From Candidatus Heimdallarchaeota archaeon (GTDB lineage Archaea; Asgardarchaeota; Heimdallarchaeia; Heimdallarchaeales; Kariarchaeaceae), in the NCBI GenBank assembly GCA_015523565.1, contig WAKA01000091.1, positions 1-26,076 of the forward strand: a stretch of DNA of 26,076 nucleotides. The letters are read 5' to 3'. Below the pieces are notes generated by a model. It ran no database searches. It worked only from the letters and a program-made list of their open reading frames with translations, and was not told where the DNA came from. Positions 8,351-17,054 of this stretch are shown piece by piece. Numbering within the stretch: the first letter of the stretch is position 1; the number at the start of each line of letters is the position of its first letter. A program made the position numbers and the translations under genes.

Positions 8351-10738
8351 TCAACTTTCAAATCGTATTCTGATCACAATCGCAAGAATAAGCTTGATAA
8401 CATATCTCACTGCCATCCAAACGCCTACAAACAATCCTGCAAAGGTTACAATCGCCCCATAGATGTAGGTCAACAATTTAATGAACATTTTGACGGACAT
8501 GAAGTCCTTTGCTGTCTGGTCAATCAGGAATTTTGTTGTTGGAGGTACAATGACAAAGTCCAAGGCAATCGTAATTATTGCAATCAAGTAGATTTGTGTT
8601 GCAATTATCTTCAAGATATGCCATCTGTTTCCTCCATTGGCCCTGATATTGACAAATTCCCTCTCTCTTTCAATGGTGTCCACAACAACAACATTGATGG
8701 AAAACAATCCCAAGACTATAAAGCCGATGAATACGACTGTCAAAATAAATCCCAGCATGGCCTCCAACAAGTAATTTATGGATTCTTTTGACTTGTGCTT
8801 GCTCAGGACGGATTGAACTCCAATAGGTAAATTCAAGAGATCATCTGTCAATTTTTCTTCATTCTTGTCTGCTTTAAGCAGATAGGTTCTTGATCCCCCG
8901 TCGAGTCCCATAAGTGACTTTGCTTCATCCAAATGCATGAAAACACTGATATCCAGCAATTCTTCAGTTATCCCTGAAACCTCAAACTTGTGTTCAACCA
9001 TTGTCAGGTTCCTGTAATTGAAAAGTGCAAGTGTTATCTTATCTCCCACATTAACCCCCAATCTTTCTGCCAATACTTTTCCTATGGTTATCTTTCCCTT
9101 TTCCAAACTTCCCTTAAAAAAGTTGAACTTACGAAGTTTTGTATTTTCCTTATACGCCTCAAATATTGCAGATTCATTTTTCCCGTTAAACCTAAGAATT
9201 GTTTCCTCTTTCAGTGCCTGCTCTACATATATTGAACTGTCATAATTCTTGATGACATCCTTGAAATGACTTTCATTTATTGGATTGACCAAAGTCACCT
9301 CATAATCATATTTCACATTGTAGGTGTAGAAATCATCAATCTGTTTGAACATTGAATCCATAAATCCAAGAGCGGACAATGCCAACAGACTTGCAATGGA
9401 AATTGTAATTGCGGTCGCGATTGTTCTTTTCCTTCTATAGAGGACATGTCTGATTGGGATGCGCATCAAGTAGTTTTTACTTATTCTGTTCGTTATCAAT
9501 TTGTCTAGTGAAAACCTTCCAGAAATATTGAATGGTATGGATCTATCCTCAAGTGCTTCGACGGGTTTCATTCTGGTTATTCCCCGTGTTGCAGTCAAGG
9601 ATGCAAAAAGGGTGACTGCCAAGGCTATGATTAGTGGTTCTTCAAAGGGAGTGAGATTGAACTTAATAATTAATTTAGGTAGGCCCACGACGTCATTGTA
9701 CACTGATGTAAATTGATATGTTGTAACATAACCCAATGGAATGCTGAACAAAATTCCCAATCCTGTCATTATAATGGCCATTTCCATATAATGCACCATG
9801 ATTTTCCTTTTATCTGACCCCAATGCCAAGAAAAGTCCAATCATTTGCTTCTGGGACTTGACTATCTTGGTAATGGTGTCATAGATGACCGCTGCGGCAA
9901 CGAATAGGACAACAATTCCTATTGCAATGGCAGAATCCTCCAATGCATTGACATCCGTTTCCATTGTTCTGTAGTCTGCTTCTTCTGTTCCCGCAATAAC
10001 ATTCGCTGGTACACCATTTTTATCCAAGAACTTTATCAATCGACTCTTGAACACATCCTTGTCTTCCCCCTCTTTGACTGTGACAACCGCCTCATTTACC
10101 AATCCCTTTTTTGCAAATATTGACTGTACCATTCCAAGATCCATCCAGATTGCCGCAAAAGTTCCCTTTTCTGGAATGCCTGTAACAGGATTGACATCAT
10201 ATTTGTATTCTGGAGAAAAAACAATGCCCACGACTTTCAATGAAATTGATGTTTGATTGAACTTGAAAAGAACAGTGTCACCTAAGGAAATATTTTGATG
10301 ATTGGCAAAAGATTTTGTGATTAAAATCTCTGTTGAATTTGACTTGAATCCTCTACCCTCATAATAATAAAATTGGTTGACTGAAGGCTGGTCATTTGTC
10401 AATTTAATTCCAGTCAATCTTGCAAAATGGTTTGTGTCCCCTTTTTTGATAACTATGTCTTCTGTCAAACGCAAAGTCATCTCGTCAAGTCCAGTTACTT
10501 GTTTGGACACCCCATCAACCAATTGTTGGGGCATGTCCCCCAAAAATGACACTCTGAAATCCTCATAATTCAAATCATCCAACAGTGCATCTCTTGATGC
10601 AAAAACACTGTCCTGCATTAACAGCAAACCTGCATACACACCAATTGCCAGTGCAAATGAAAGTATCACTACGAAAGCCTTCCATTTCATTCCAATAATT
10701 TCGCGAAATACCTTTCTTGCCATGATTTGCATGTTCAT
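8351..10738 (-). CDS. ABC transporter permease, MacB/FtsX (type VII) family with duplicated repeat
   Basis: Two units, each one TM + large extracytoplasmic domain + three TMs; IGLFLALG and EREFVNIRANGG FtsX-type motifs; 4-nt overlap with the ATPase gene. Confidence 0.9.
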   Translation of the reverse strand: MNMQIMARKVFREIIGMKWKAFVVILSFALAIGVYAGLLLMQDSVFASRDALLDDLNYEDFRVSFLGDMPQQLVDGVSKQVTGLDEMTLRLTEDIVIKKGDTNHFARLTGIKLTNDQPSVNQFYYYEGRGFKSNSTEILITKSFANHQNISLGDTVLFKFNQTSISLKVVGIVFSPEYKYDVNPVTGIPEKGTFAAIWMDLGMVQSIFAKKGLVNEAVVTVKEGEDKDVFKSRLIKFLDKNGVPANVIAGTEEADYRTMETDVNALEDSAIAIGIVVLFVAAAVIYDTITKIVKSQKQMIGLFLALGSDKRKIMVHYMEMAIIMTGLGILFSIPLGYVTTYQFTSVYNDVVGLPKLIIKFNLTPFEEPLIIALAVTLFASLTATRGITRMKPVEALEDRSIPFNISGRFSLDKLITNRISKNYLMRIPIRHVLYRRKRTIATAITISIASLLALSALGFMDSMFKQIDDFYTYNVKYDYEVTLVNPINESHFKDVIKNYDSSIYVEQALKEETILRFNGKNESAIFEAYKENTKLRKFNFFKGSLEKGKITIGKVLAERLGVNVGDKITLALFNYRNLTMVEHKFEVSGITEELLDISVFMHLDEAKSLMGLDGGSRTYLLKADKNEEKLTDDLLNLPIGVQSVLSKHKSKESINYLLEAMLGFILTVVFIGFIVLGLFSINVVVVDTIEREREFVNIRANGGNRWHILKIIATQIYLIAIITIALDFVIVPPTTKFLIDQTAKDFMSVKMFIKLLTYIYGAIVTFAGLFVGVWMAVRYVIKLILAIVIRIRFES

Positions 10739-11418
10739 CCCTCCTTGTCTACAATCCTTCCATCCTTCAATTCAAAAATATGATCTGCATACTTTTCCAA
10801 GGATGGATCATGCGAAATCAACAGAAATGTGGTATTTAACTCTTCATTAAGCTTTTTCAAGGATTCTACAACTTCCTTTCCTGTCTTTGAATCAAGGTTT
10901 CCTGTAATCTCATCTCCCAATACCAATGGTGGACGTTTTACTAGGGCTCGAGCTAATGCAACCCTTTGTTGTTGACCTCCACTGAGTTGTGAGGGAAACT
11001 TGTCTGCATGATCTTCCAATCCGACAAGTTTTAACATCTCTCTGCTCCTTTGTTCCATATCCTTTCTGTCTCCAGACAGTTCAAGGGCTAAAGCCACATT
11101 TTCCATTGCTGTAAGTGAAGGGATTAAATTGTAAAACTGAAAAACCCATCCCACAAATTTAGCACGGAACTTAGTCAATTCCTTTTCTTTTTTATGCATC
11201 ATTGGTTCTCCATTGATGTAAATTTCCCCACTATCAGGTTTGTCCAAAGCCCCTATTTGATTCAATAGGGTTGTCTTACCTGATCCCGATGGACCATAAA
11301 TCAAGGCAATTTCCCCCTTGTGTATTTCTAGGTTTATATCTTTCAAAACATGTTGAACTTGTTCCCCTGTCTTGAATGACTTGTTTACATTTACTAACTT
11401 TACAATGGACTCACTCAT
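10735..11418 (-). CDS. ABC transporter ATP-binding protein, LolD/MacB family
   Basis: GPSGSGKT, VFQFYNL, LSGGQQQRVALARAL, DEITGNLD, SHD. Confidence 0.97.
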   Translation of the reverse strand: MSESIVKLVNVNKSFKTGEQVQHVLKDINLEIHKGEIALIYGPSGSGKTTLLNQIGALDKPDSGEIYINGEPMMHKKEKELTKFRAKFVGWVFQFYNLIPSLTAMENVALALELSGDRKDMEQRSREMLKLVGLEDHADKFPSQLSGGQQQRVALARALVKRPPLVLGDEITGNLDSKTGKEVVESLKKLNEELNTTFLLISHDPSLEKYADHIFELKDGRIVDKEG

Positions 11419-11986
11419 TTTTCTTCACCTCAGATCTAATCATCTCTATCATCTTTTCAATAACCGAAGACAAACGTTCATTGGTGAAATGACCTGGTCG
11501 CATAATTACATGAAAAATCAAACCGTCAATCATGAATGCAACTATGTCAACCAACATATCATCAAATCTTCCATAGTTTTTAACGAAAGTGGCATATTCA
11601 TCAAGCATTCCATCTATCAATGTATGCAGTCTCTCCTTTGACCTATCGTCCTCTATGCTTGCTACTAATTCCATTACCAAGGCTGTCAGGCTTCGATTCT
11701 CTTTAGCATCAATGGAAAATTTCCACATCATTTCCTTTAGTACCGTGAGAAATTCTTCAACACTGTTCACTTCAAATTGGAATGCTTCCATATCCTCTTT
11801 CAGCAATTCCTCCAATATTGCAACGGCCAAGTCGTCCTTGCTAGGAAAATGATGGTATAATGTTCCTTTTGCAACTTGTGCCTCCTTTACAATGTCTTGT
11901 GTACTGACATTATGATAACCCCTTGAAAGGAACAGTCGTTTTGCAGCTTTTATGATCTGTTGCTCACCTTGTGAACGTCTCTTCAC
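11411..11986 (-). CDS. TetR/AcrR family transcriptional regulator
   Basis: HTH IIKAAKRLF..GYHNVSTQDIVKEAQVAKGTLYHHFPSKDDL. Start reassigned from 12055 to the GTG at 11986, because a TATA box (12009-12015) and a palindrome lie in the extension. Confidence 0.92.
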   Translation of the reverse strand: MKRRSQGEQQIIKAAKRLFLSRGYHNVSTQDIVKEAQVAKGTLYHHFPSKDDLAVAILEELLKEDMEAFQFEVNSVEEFLTVLKEMMWKFSIDAKENRSLTALVMELVASIEDDRSKERLHTLIDGMLDEYATFVKNYGRFDDMLVDIVAFMIDGLIFHVIMRPGHFTNERLSSVIEKMIEMIRSEVKKNE

Positions 11987-12021
11987 ATGTACATTACTGC
12001 AAGAAGGATTATAAATTATTC

Positions 12022-12037
12022 GACCGACCAGTCGGTC
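12022..12037. promoter_or_regulatory. Putative TetR operator
   Basis: GACCGAC-CA-GTCGGTC perfect inverted repeat immediately upstream of the tetR TATA box. Confidence 0.7.
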
Positions 12038-12197
12038 TATAACATTAAAAATCAATTTATTTGTTTTTATTTTACGACAGAGGTGTGATTGAACCTCATT
12101 TGAGAGAAATAAGATTAAATTGAGCCAATAATGACTTTAGATACATTTTGTCAGTTTTAAGCAACACTCTTGAATGGAAAATGTTTTAGGGTAAAGA

Positions 12198-13160
12198 ATG
12201 GATAGTGTTTTGATGGTTGAAAAAGGGATGTATTTGGGTACAAGGCATATGGAGGCACCTCCCATCATGAAATCGGATTTGCCAAAATCCAGACTTGGTC
12301 GTAGGGAAAGTGAACCCCATTCTGATGAAATCAATTACATCTATGATGTTTTATCGCCTAATTTTCCTGAAGATAGAACTTTTTGGGACCTCCGCCACTA
12401 TTTTTTTATTGATGAGGAAAAGGTTGACCTCCAATTTGACATCTCTTATTTTAAAGGATTGCAGGTACCCTTTAGAATTTCCTCATATGATGCTTCCAAA
12501 TATGCAAACCAAGTGCCATCCATGGCTGTCAATATTCTTTCTGCATCAACATATAGGAATGATCTTGGAATTGTATTGGAGCAATGCCAAAGATTAGAGA
12601 TTCCTGTTTATGTAATGTTTAGTGATCACCTTCAAGCACCAAGCTATGTGAAAGCTCCTTTACTCAAGGTTTACTATAGGGATGGTGATCAGTATCATGT
12701 TGCAGAAACAAGGGAAATATGTTGCAAAGAGGGCGAAATACCAGATCAATCTAAAATGATTGATATCCTTCCCGACCTTCTTCCATTCAAAATTGGGATA
12801 ATGGAACGAAAGGACAAATATTTCAAAGAAAAGATTTCTCCACTTTATTTCCTTGTTTTTGTCGATAGGGGAAGTGGGAAACTGTTACTTCCTAGATGGC
12901 AAAAAGAAAGGGAAAGAGCCAAGGAGGCGGAAAGACAGGCGGAATTGGAGAGGGAAAGAGCCAAGGAGGCGAAAAAACAGATGGAATTGGAGAGGGAAAG
13001 AGCCAAAGAGGCGGAAAGACAGGCGGAATTGGAGAGGGAAAGAGCCAAGGAGGCGAAAAAACAGGCAGAATTGGAGAGGAAAAGAGCTAAAGAGGCGGAA
13101 AAAAAGATTATGAAACTGCAAGAAGAATTGGAAAATTTGAAAAAACAAATGGGGACCTAA
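12198..13160 (+). CDS. Uma2-like (DUF820, PD-(D/E)xK fold) protein with C-terminal charged helical repeats
   Basis: EPH, FDISYF, PSMAVNILSASTYRNDL, LEIPVYVMF follow the Uma2 pattern; E/R/K-rich tail. The start may be the ATG at 12249. Confidence 0.7.
   Translation: MDSVLMVEKGMYLGTRHMEAPPIMKSDLPKSRLGRRESEPHSDEINYIYDVLSPNFPEDRTFWDLRHYFFIDEEKVDLQFDISYFKGLQVPFRISSYDASKYANQVPSMAVNILSASTYRNDLGIVLEQCQRLEIPVYVMFSDHLQAPSYVKAPLLKVYYRDGDQYHVAETREICCKEGEIPDQSKMIDILPDLLPFKIGIMERKDKYFKEKISPLYFLVFVDRGSGKLLLPRWQKERERAKEAERQAELERERAKEAKKQMELERERAKEAERQAELERERAKEAKKQAELERKRAKEAEKKIMKLQEELENLKKQMGT
12906..13104 (+). repeat. In-frame 42-bp tandem repeat, about 4.7 copies, alternating A/B units
   Basis: Units start at 12906, 12948, 12990, 13032, 13074; they encode ERERAKEAERQAEL / ERERAKEAKKQ(M/A)EL. 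Confidence 0.97.
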
Positions 13161-13187
13161 ATCAAAATAAAGAAACAATTTGATTTA
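13158..13187. terminator. AT-rich hairpin at the stop of the Uma2-like gene; possible terminator
   Basis: TAAATCAAA-N12-TTTGATTTA in a convergent intergenic region. Confidence 0.3.
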
Positions 13188-13394
13188 ACGTTCTTGCTTT
13201 ACTTTGAAAATTTGTGAATCTAAATTCATTTTACCATTCTGCATTAACAATGACACAATGGCTCTCTCTAAAGATCCAATAGGGTCCATGAGATAGTTCT
13301 TGCCAAGCCATCTGAAGGCAATAGTTTCTGCAACTGGATTGTTGTTTTTTACTAAAATTCGACAAACTCATTATACAAAACACAGAATTCCTAG

Positions 13395-14303
13395 TTAGCT
13401 AAGTTCAACCCATTCTTTCATTGCCCCCAAAATTACATCAAAATTCAATTGTGCATTAAATGCCTTCGGAATTGTTGTTGGTTCTGGAAGGCTGTAATCA
13501 GGATCCAGAACTACAACCGTTTTCGGGCCCTCAGGAATCTTGAAAACATCTTGCAAGCGACTTTTTGGCAAAACCACAAAATCGGGTTTGTTCAATGAGA
13601 CAGCCTTATCAATATACTTGATACCTACATCATCCAAGGGAACAAGAAGACTACGTGATGAAAAGGAAAACTTCACGTATATGGGTTTTTCTGGAATATC
13701 ATCCATGGAGACTTCTGGTGGCGTAGACACCTTTCTTATCAATGGAACTTTTCTCATTGTTTTCATCGGTTTTTTGAATGTGTTCAAAAATAACTTTGAA
13801 ATGAACCTGACAGGTGCTAAAAAAATGGTGGTATATCCAGATAATCGATCGGAAAGCAAATAGGGAACGTCAACCTCACTGTCACGAGTTGGTTTCACAG
13901 TCTCGTTTTCAGGGTCAAAATCCTTTTTCATGTAATGTATCGGGGCAAGCTCAACCTCATCAAGAATTTCGTCCAATGTTTCAACATTACGCCATTGCCT
14001 CACAGACATGCCCATCCCCTTGAGTATGTCAAATGTCTCATGGTCTGTTATCACTGGCTTGTTGATCCATTCGGCAATGTCCAGTACCTTGTCCAAAAGA
14101 TCAGGTTCGGATACGGCTGTTTCAAAAACAACAATATAACTCACACTTTCATAATTGACATCCCCATCCACAGACGTGATTTGAGTCAAATCCCTTGGAT
14201 TAACCAGAAAATGATATCGTCTCTTCCTAAAACCTGATTTAAGAAAGATCACCTCAATCATGCCATCTGGCCATTGCTTCACATAAAGTGCCATATCGAA
14301 CAA
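13395..14303 (-). CDS. Hypothetical protein, probable degenerate metallo-beta-lactamase (UPF0173-like) fold
   Basis: Intact 302-aa ORF; segments resemble the UPF0173 scaffold (DKVLDIAEWINKPVITDHETFDIL; KAVSLNKPDFVVLP) but there is no HxHxDH. The start may be the ATG at 14294. Confidence 0.5.
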   Translation of the reverse strand: MFDMALYVKQWPDGMIEVIFLKSGFRKRRYHFLVNPRDLTQITSVDGDVNYESVSYIVVFETAVSEPDLLDKVLDIAEWINKPVITDHETFDILKGMGMSVRQWRNVETLDEILDEVELAPIHYMKKDFDPENETVKPTRDSEVDVPYLLSDRLSGYTTIFLAPVRFISKLFLNTFKKPMKTMRKVPLIRKVSTPPEVSMDDIPEKPIYVKFSFSSRSLLVPLDDVGIKYIDKAVSLNKPDFVVLPKSRLQDVFKIPEGPKTVVVLDPDYSLPEPTTIPKAFNAQLNFDVILGAMKEWVELS

Positions 14304-14351
14304 TTACCAGACAATGTTCCGTTTAATCATCTTTTCTAAATGTAACCGAAT

Positions 14352-15518
14352 TTATACAAACATCGAATACTCTTCCAGTGCCTCCTTAAAAAGTTCAAAG
14401 TCAGAAGCATCATTATAACAATGTGTGGAGACCTGAACCGCATCATCCCATCCAAGACTCTTAATTCCCCAGTGTGAACAAAGCAACCCTGAACGAACTT
14501 TGACATTGAATGCCTCATCAGCAATCAACGCAAAGTCATGTGCAGAAAAGCCTGGAAACGAGAAAACCTTGATATTTGAAGGAATATCTTGGAAATTCTT
14601 CATCCCTTCACCAATAACAGGTATCTGTAAATTGCTGACAGTTGAAAGTATTCGATCAATCTCGAAGCTGTGTTCCCGAAGTGAATCAAAAATCGAATAT
14701 TTCCCCAACGTTTCAATGAAACCGATTGAGTGCTGAAAACCAATTGCAGCATATAAGTCTGGAACTCCCATTTCAAGGGAATTTCTGTTAACTTGGAATG
14801 TGTTGAGATTCTCATAGGTTATGACATTACGAGTTCCCAACAGTCCTGGGAATAGTTCATTCTCTTTAGAAATGACGAAACAAGCACCAGGAGGTGCAAA
14901 CATGTCCCGTGTCCCGTCCACAATGCCAAAATCCACGGAATTCAATAATGAATTGATATCATGCTGGCATGCAGAAAAAGAAAAGTCAACTACAGACATT
15001 ATCCCCAAATCCCTACAAACTTTCAAAATAGATCTGATATCCCTGACCATTCCTAGAACAGGGGAGACATGATTAAGAAGGACAAAATCCCCATGCTCTC
15101 CCTGTTCAGTCAAAACATCCTCCCATGTTTCTGTTATCTCGTCAACTGCCACAACGGATTTACGACCCAATAACGGTCCATGAATTGCTAGATCATCAAA
15201 TTTGGATAAGAAAGCCTTGCTCTCACCAAGAAGTTTCTGAACTAAGGAATTTGTTGCATAGTCTCGATTTGGCAACCATTGTAGAGTTTGATCCTTTAAA
15301 GAAAAATAGGATTTAATGACCGTAAGGGCATCATCCCAGCGGTCATTTGCCTGTCTTGCCATTGAGTGAACACTCATGTCAAATGATGGAAACAGGTTCT
15401 GCATAGAGGATGCAATGACCTTTACCGTTTTTGCAGGGAGAGGCGTTGCAGTAATATTGTCAAGATATGCAACTTCTTTCAATAAGGGAAATAGATTTTC
15501 TTTTACAGGAATCAACAA
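14352..15518 (-). CDS. Class-V aminotransferase / SufS-like protein lacking PLP catalytic residues
   Basis: YLDNITAT, NHVSPVLG, VVDFSFS, EMGVPD, VRSGLLCSH and YND are collinear with SufS; the GHK lysine motif is replaced by GTRD. Confidence 0.85.
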   Translation of the reverse strand: MLIPVKENLFPLLKEVAYLDNITATPLPAKTVKVIASSMQNLFPSFDMSVHSMARQANDRWDDALTVIKSYFSLKDQTLQWLPNRDYATNSLVQKLLGESKAFLSKFDDLAIHGPLLGRKSVVAVDEITETWEDVLTEQGEHGDFVLLNHVSPVLGMVRDIRSILKVCRDLGIMSVVDFSFSACQHDINSLLNSVDFGIVDGTRDMFAPPGACFVISKENELFPGLLGTRNVITYENLNTFQVNRNSLEMGVPDLYAAIGFQHSIGFIETLGKYSIFDSLREHSFEIDRILSTVSNLQIPVIGEGMKNFQDIPSNIKVFSFPGFSAHDFALIADEAFNVKVRSGLLCSHWGIKSLGWDDAVQVSTHCYNDASDFELFKEALEEYSMFV

Positions 15519-15787
15519 TATGACTGCGAATTCACCTTACAAAAATCTGTATTTTCATGAACCGTTTTTTGCACCAAACCTTGTTAGGATTTGGCAATAG
15601 GGTCTATTCACTTTCAAATCACTTTTCCAATCCTGTACATCGGGAAATTTAGGAACTGCATTGGATGGTATTATTGTGCAAAAATATGTTGTTTCAATGG
15701 GATAATAGAGAAATCATCTTGTAAAGTTGAAGTCAAATATTTTAACAACTGAAATGGTTTTCAAAAAAATCAAGGGATTGAATTCCA

Positions 15788-17011
15788 TTAGTTCCAATTT
15801 GGCGCTGTATTCTTTATTGCCTCTTCTATGACTGAGAATGCCCAATCAATCTGTTCTTTTGTAATAATCAAGGGAGGTGCGAATCTGATTGTGGTTTCAT
15901 GTGTCTGTTTTGCCAAGAGTCCCCGTTCCTTCATGGCAAGCACATAAGGTTTGGCTTTACCTGCCTCTTCAGTAAATTCGATGGCAAGGAGAAGACCTTT
16001 TCCTCTAACTTCCTTGACAACATGTTTTGGCAGTGTCTGCAATTTTCCGAGGAAATATTCGCCGAGTTCCGCGGCTCTTTCTGCGAGTTTCTCTTCCTCA
16101 ATGACATCAATTGCAGCAGTTCCCACTGCACATGCAAGAGGGTTTCCCCCAAAAGTTGATCCATGTGAGCCACTGGTCAGTACACTCATGATTTCCCGTG
16201 AGCCTAAGGTTGCAGAAATTGGCATGATGCCTCCTCCAAGGGCTTTTCCGACAAGAACAATATCTGGTTTGATGTCGTCATGCATAAAGCAGAATGGTTT
16301 TCCAGTTCTTCCAAAGCCAGTTTGGATCTCGTCTGCAATAAGTAGGACATTGTTCTCCTTGCAAATCTCTGCTGCTTGTTTAAGATATCCCTCTGGTGGC
16401 ACAATGACTCCCGCCTCTCCTTGAATGGGTTCGACAAGGAATGCAACGGTATTTGGAGTGATTGCATTTTTCAGTGCCTCGATATCACCGTATGGTATTT
16501 TGATAAATCCAGGTGTTGCAGGTCCAAAATCCCCATATGTTTCTGGGTCTGATGAGAAGCCGACAATTGTTGTTGTTCTCCCATGGAAATTGTTTTCACA
16601 GACTATGATTTCTGCCTTGTCCTTTTCCACTCCTTTTATCCTGTAACCCCATCTTCTTGCCACTTTAATACCTGTCTCAACCGCTTCCGCTCCTGTATTC
16701 ATTGGGCAAGCCATTTCATATCCTGCATATTCACAGAGCCTTTTGAGAAAACTTCCCAACTTATCGTTGAAAAATGCCCTTGATGTCAATGTCAAGGTAT
16801 GAAGTTGCTTTTCCGCTGCCTCAACGATTTTTGGGTGGCAATGTCCTTGATTAACTGCAGAGTATGCAGAAAGACAATCTAGATATCTCTTTCCCTCCAC
16901 GTCATATACATAGACCCCTTCACCTTTGGAAAGCACAACTGGTATTGGTGTATAATTTGGTGAAGCCCATGTTCTCTCGAGTTCAATGAATTCCTCTGTT
17001 TTACTTACCAT
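15788..17011 (-). CDS. rocD: Ornithine--oxo-acid aminotransferase
   Basis: LSAYSAVNQGHCHP, MNTGAEAVET, FHGRT, EPIQGEAGV, DEIQTGFGRTG, GKALGGG, HGSTFGGNPL. Confidence 0.95.
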   Translation of the reverse strand: MVSKTEEFIELERTWASPNYTPIPVVLSKGEGVYVYDVEGKRYLDCLSAYSAVNQGHCHPKIVEAAEKQLHTLTLTSRAFFNDKLGSFLKRLCEYAGYEMACPMNTGAEAVETGIKVARRWGYRIKGVEKDKAEIIVCENNFHGRTTTIVGFSSDPETYGDFGPATPGFIKIPYGDIEALKNAITPNTVAFLVEPIQGEAGVIVPPEGYLKQAAEICKENNVLLIADEIQTGFGRTGKPFCFMHDDIKPDIVLVGKALGGGIMPISATLGSREIMSVLTSGSHGSTFGGNPLACAVGTAAIDVIEEEKLAERAAELGEYFLGKLQTLPKHVVKEVRGKGLLLAIEFTEEAGKAKPYVLAMKERGLLAKQTHETTIRFAPPLIITKEQIDWAFSVIEEAIKNTAPNWN

Positions 17012-17054
17012 GAGTTTTGGTATTATCTCTAGTATAAGAAATTTCCAGTATCAT

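Noticed and set aside
11987-12055. N-terminal extensions in the ORF track (also 4982-5032, 22075-22134, 24050-24136)
   Set aside because: They contain TATA or operator elements and precede the family's usual N-terminus; downstream starts are preferred.
12845-13178. Repetitive alternate-frame ORFs and a possible CRISPR-like array
   Set aside because: The units are contiguous with no unique spacers and lie in-frame in a CDS; the other frames are by-products of the repeat.
14352-15518. Calling the SufS-like gene a pseudogene
   Set aside because: Full-length frame with no stops or frameshifts; the losses are concentrated on catalytic residues.
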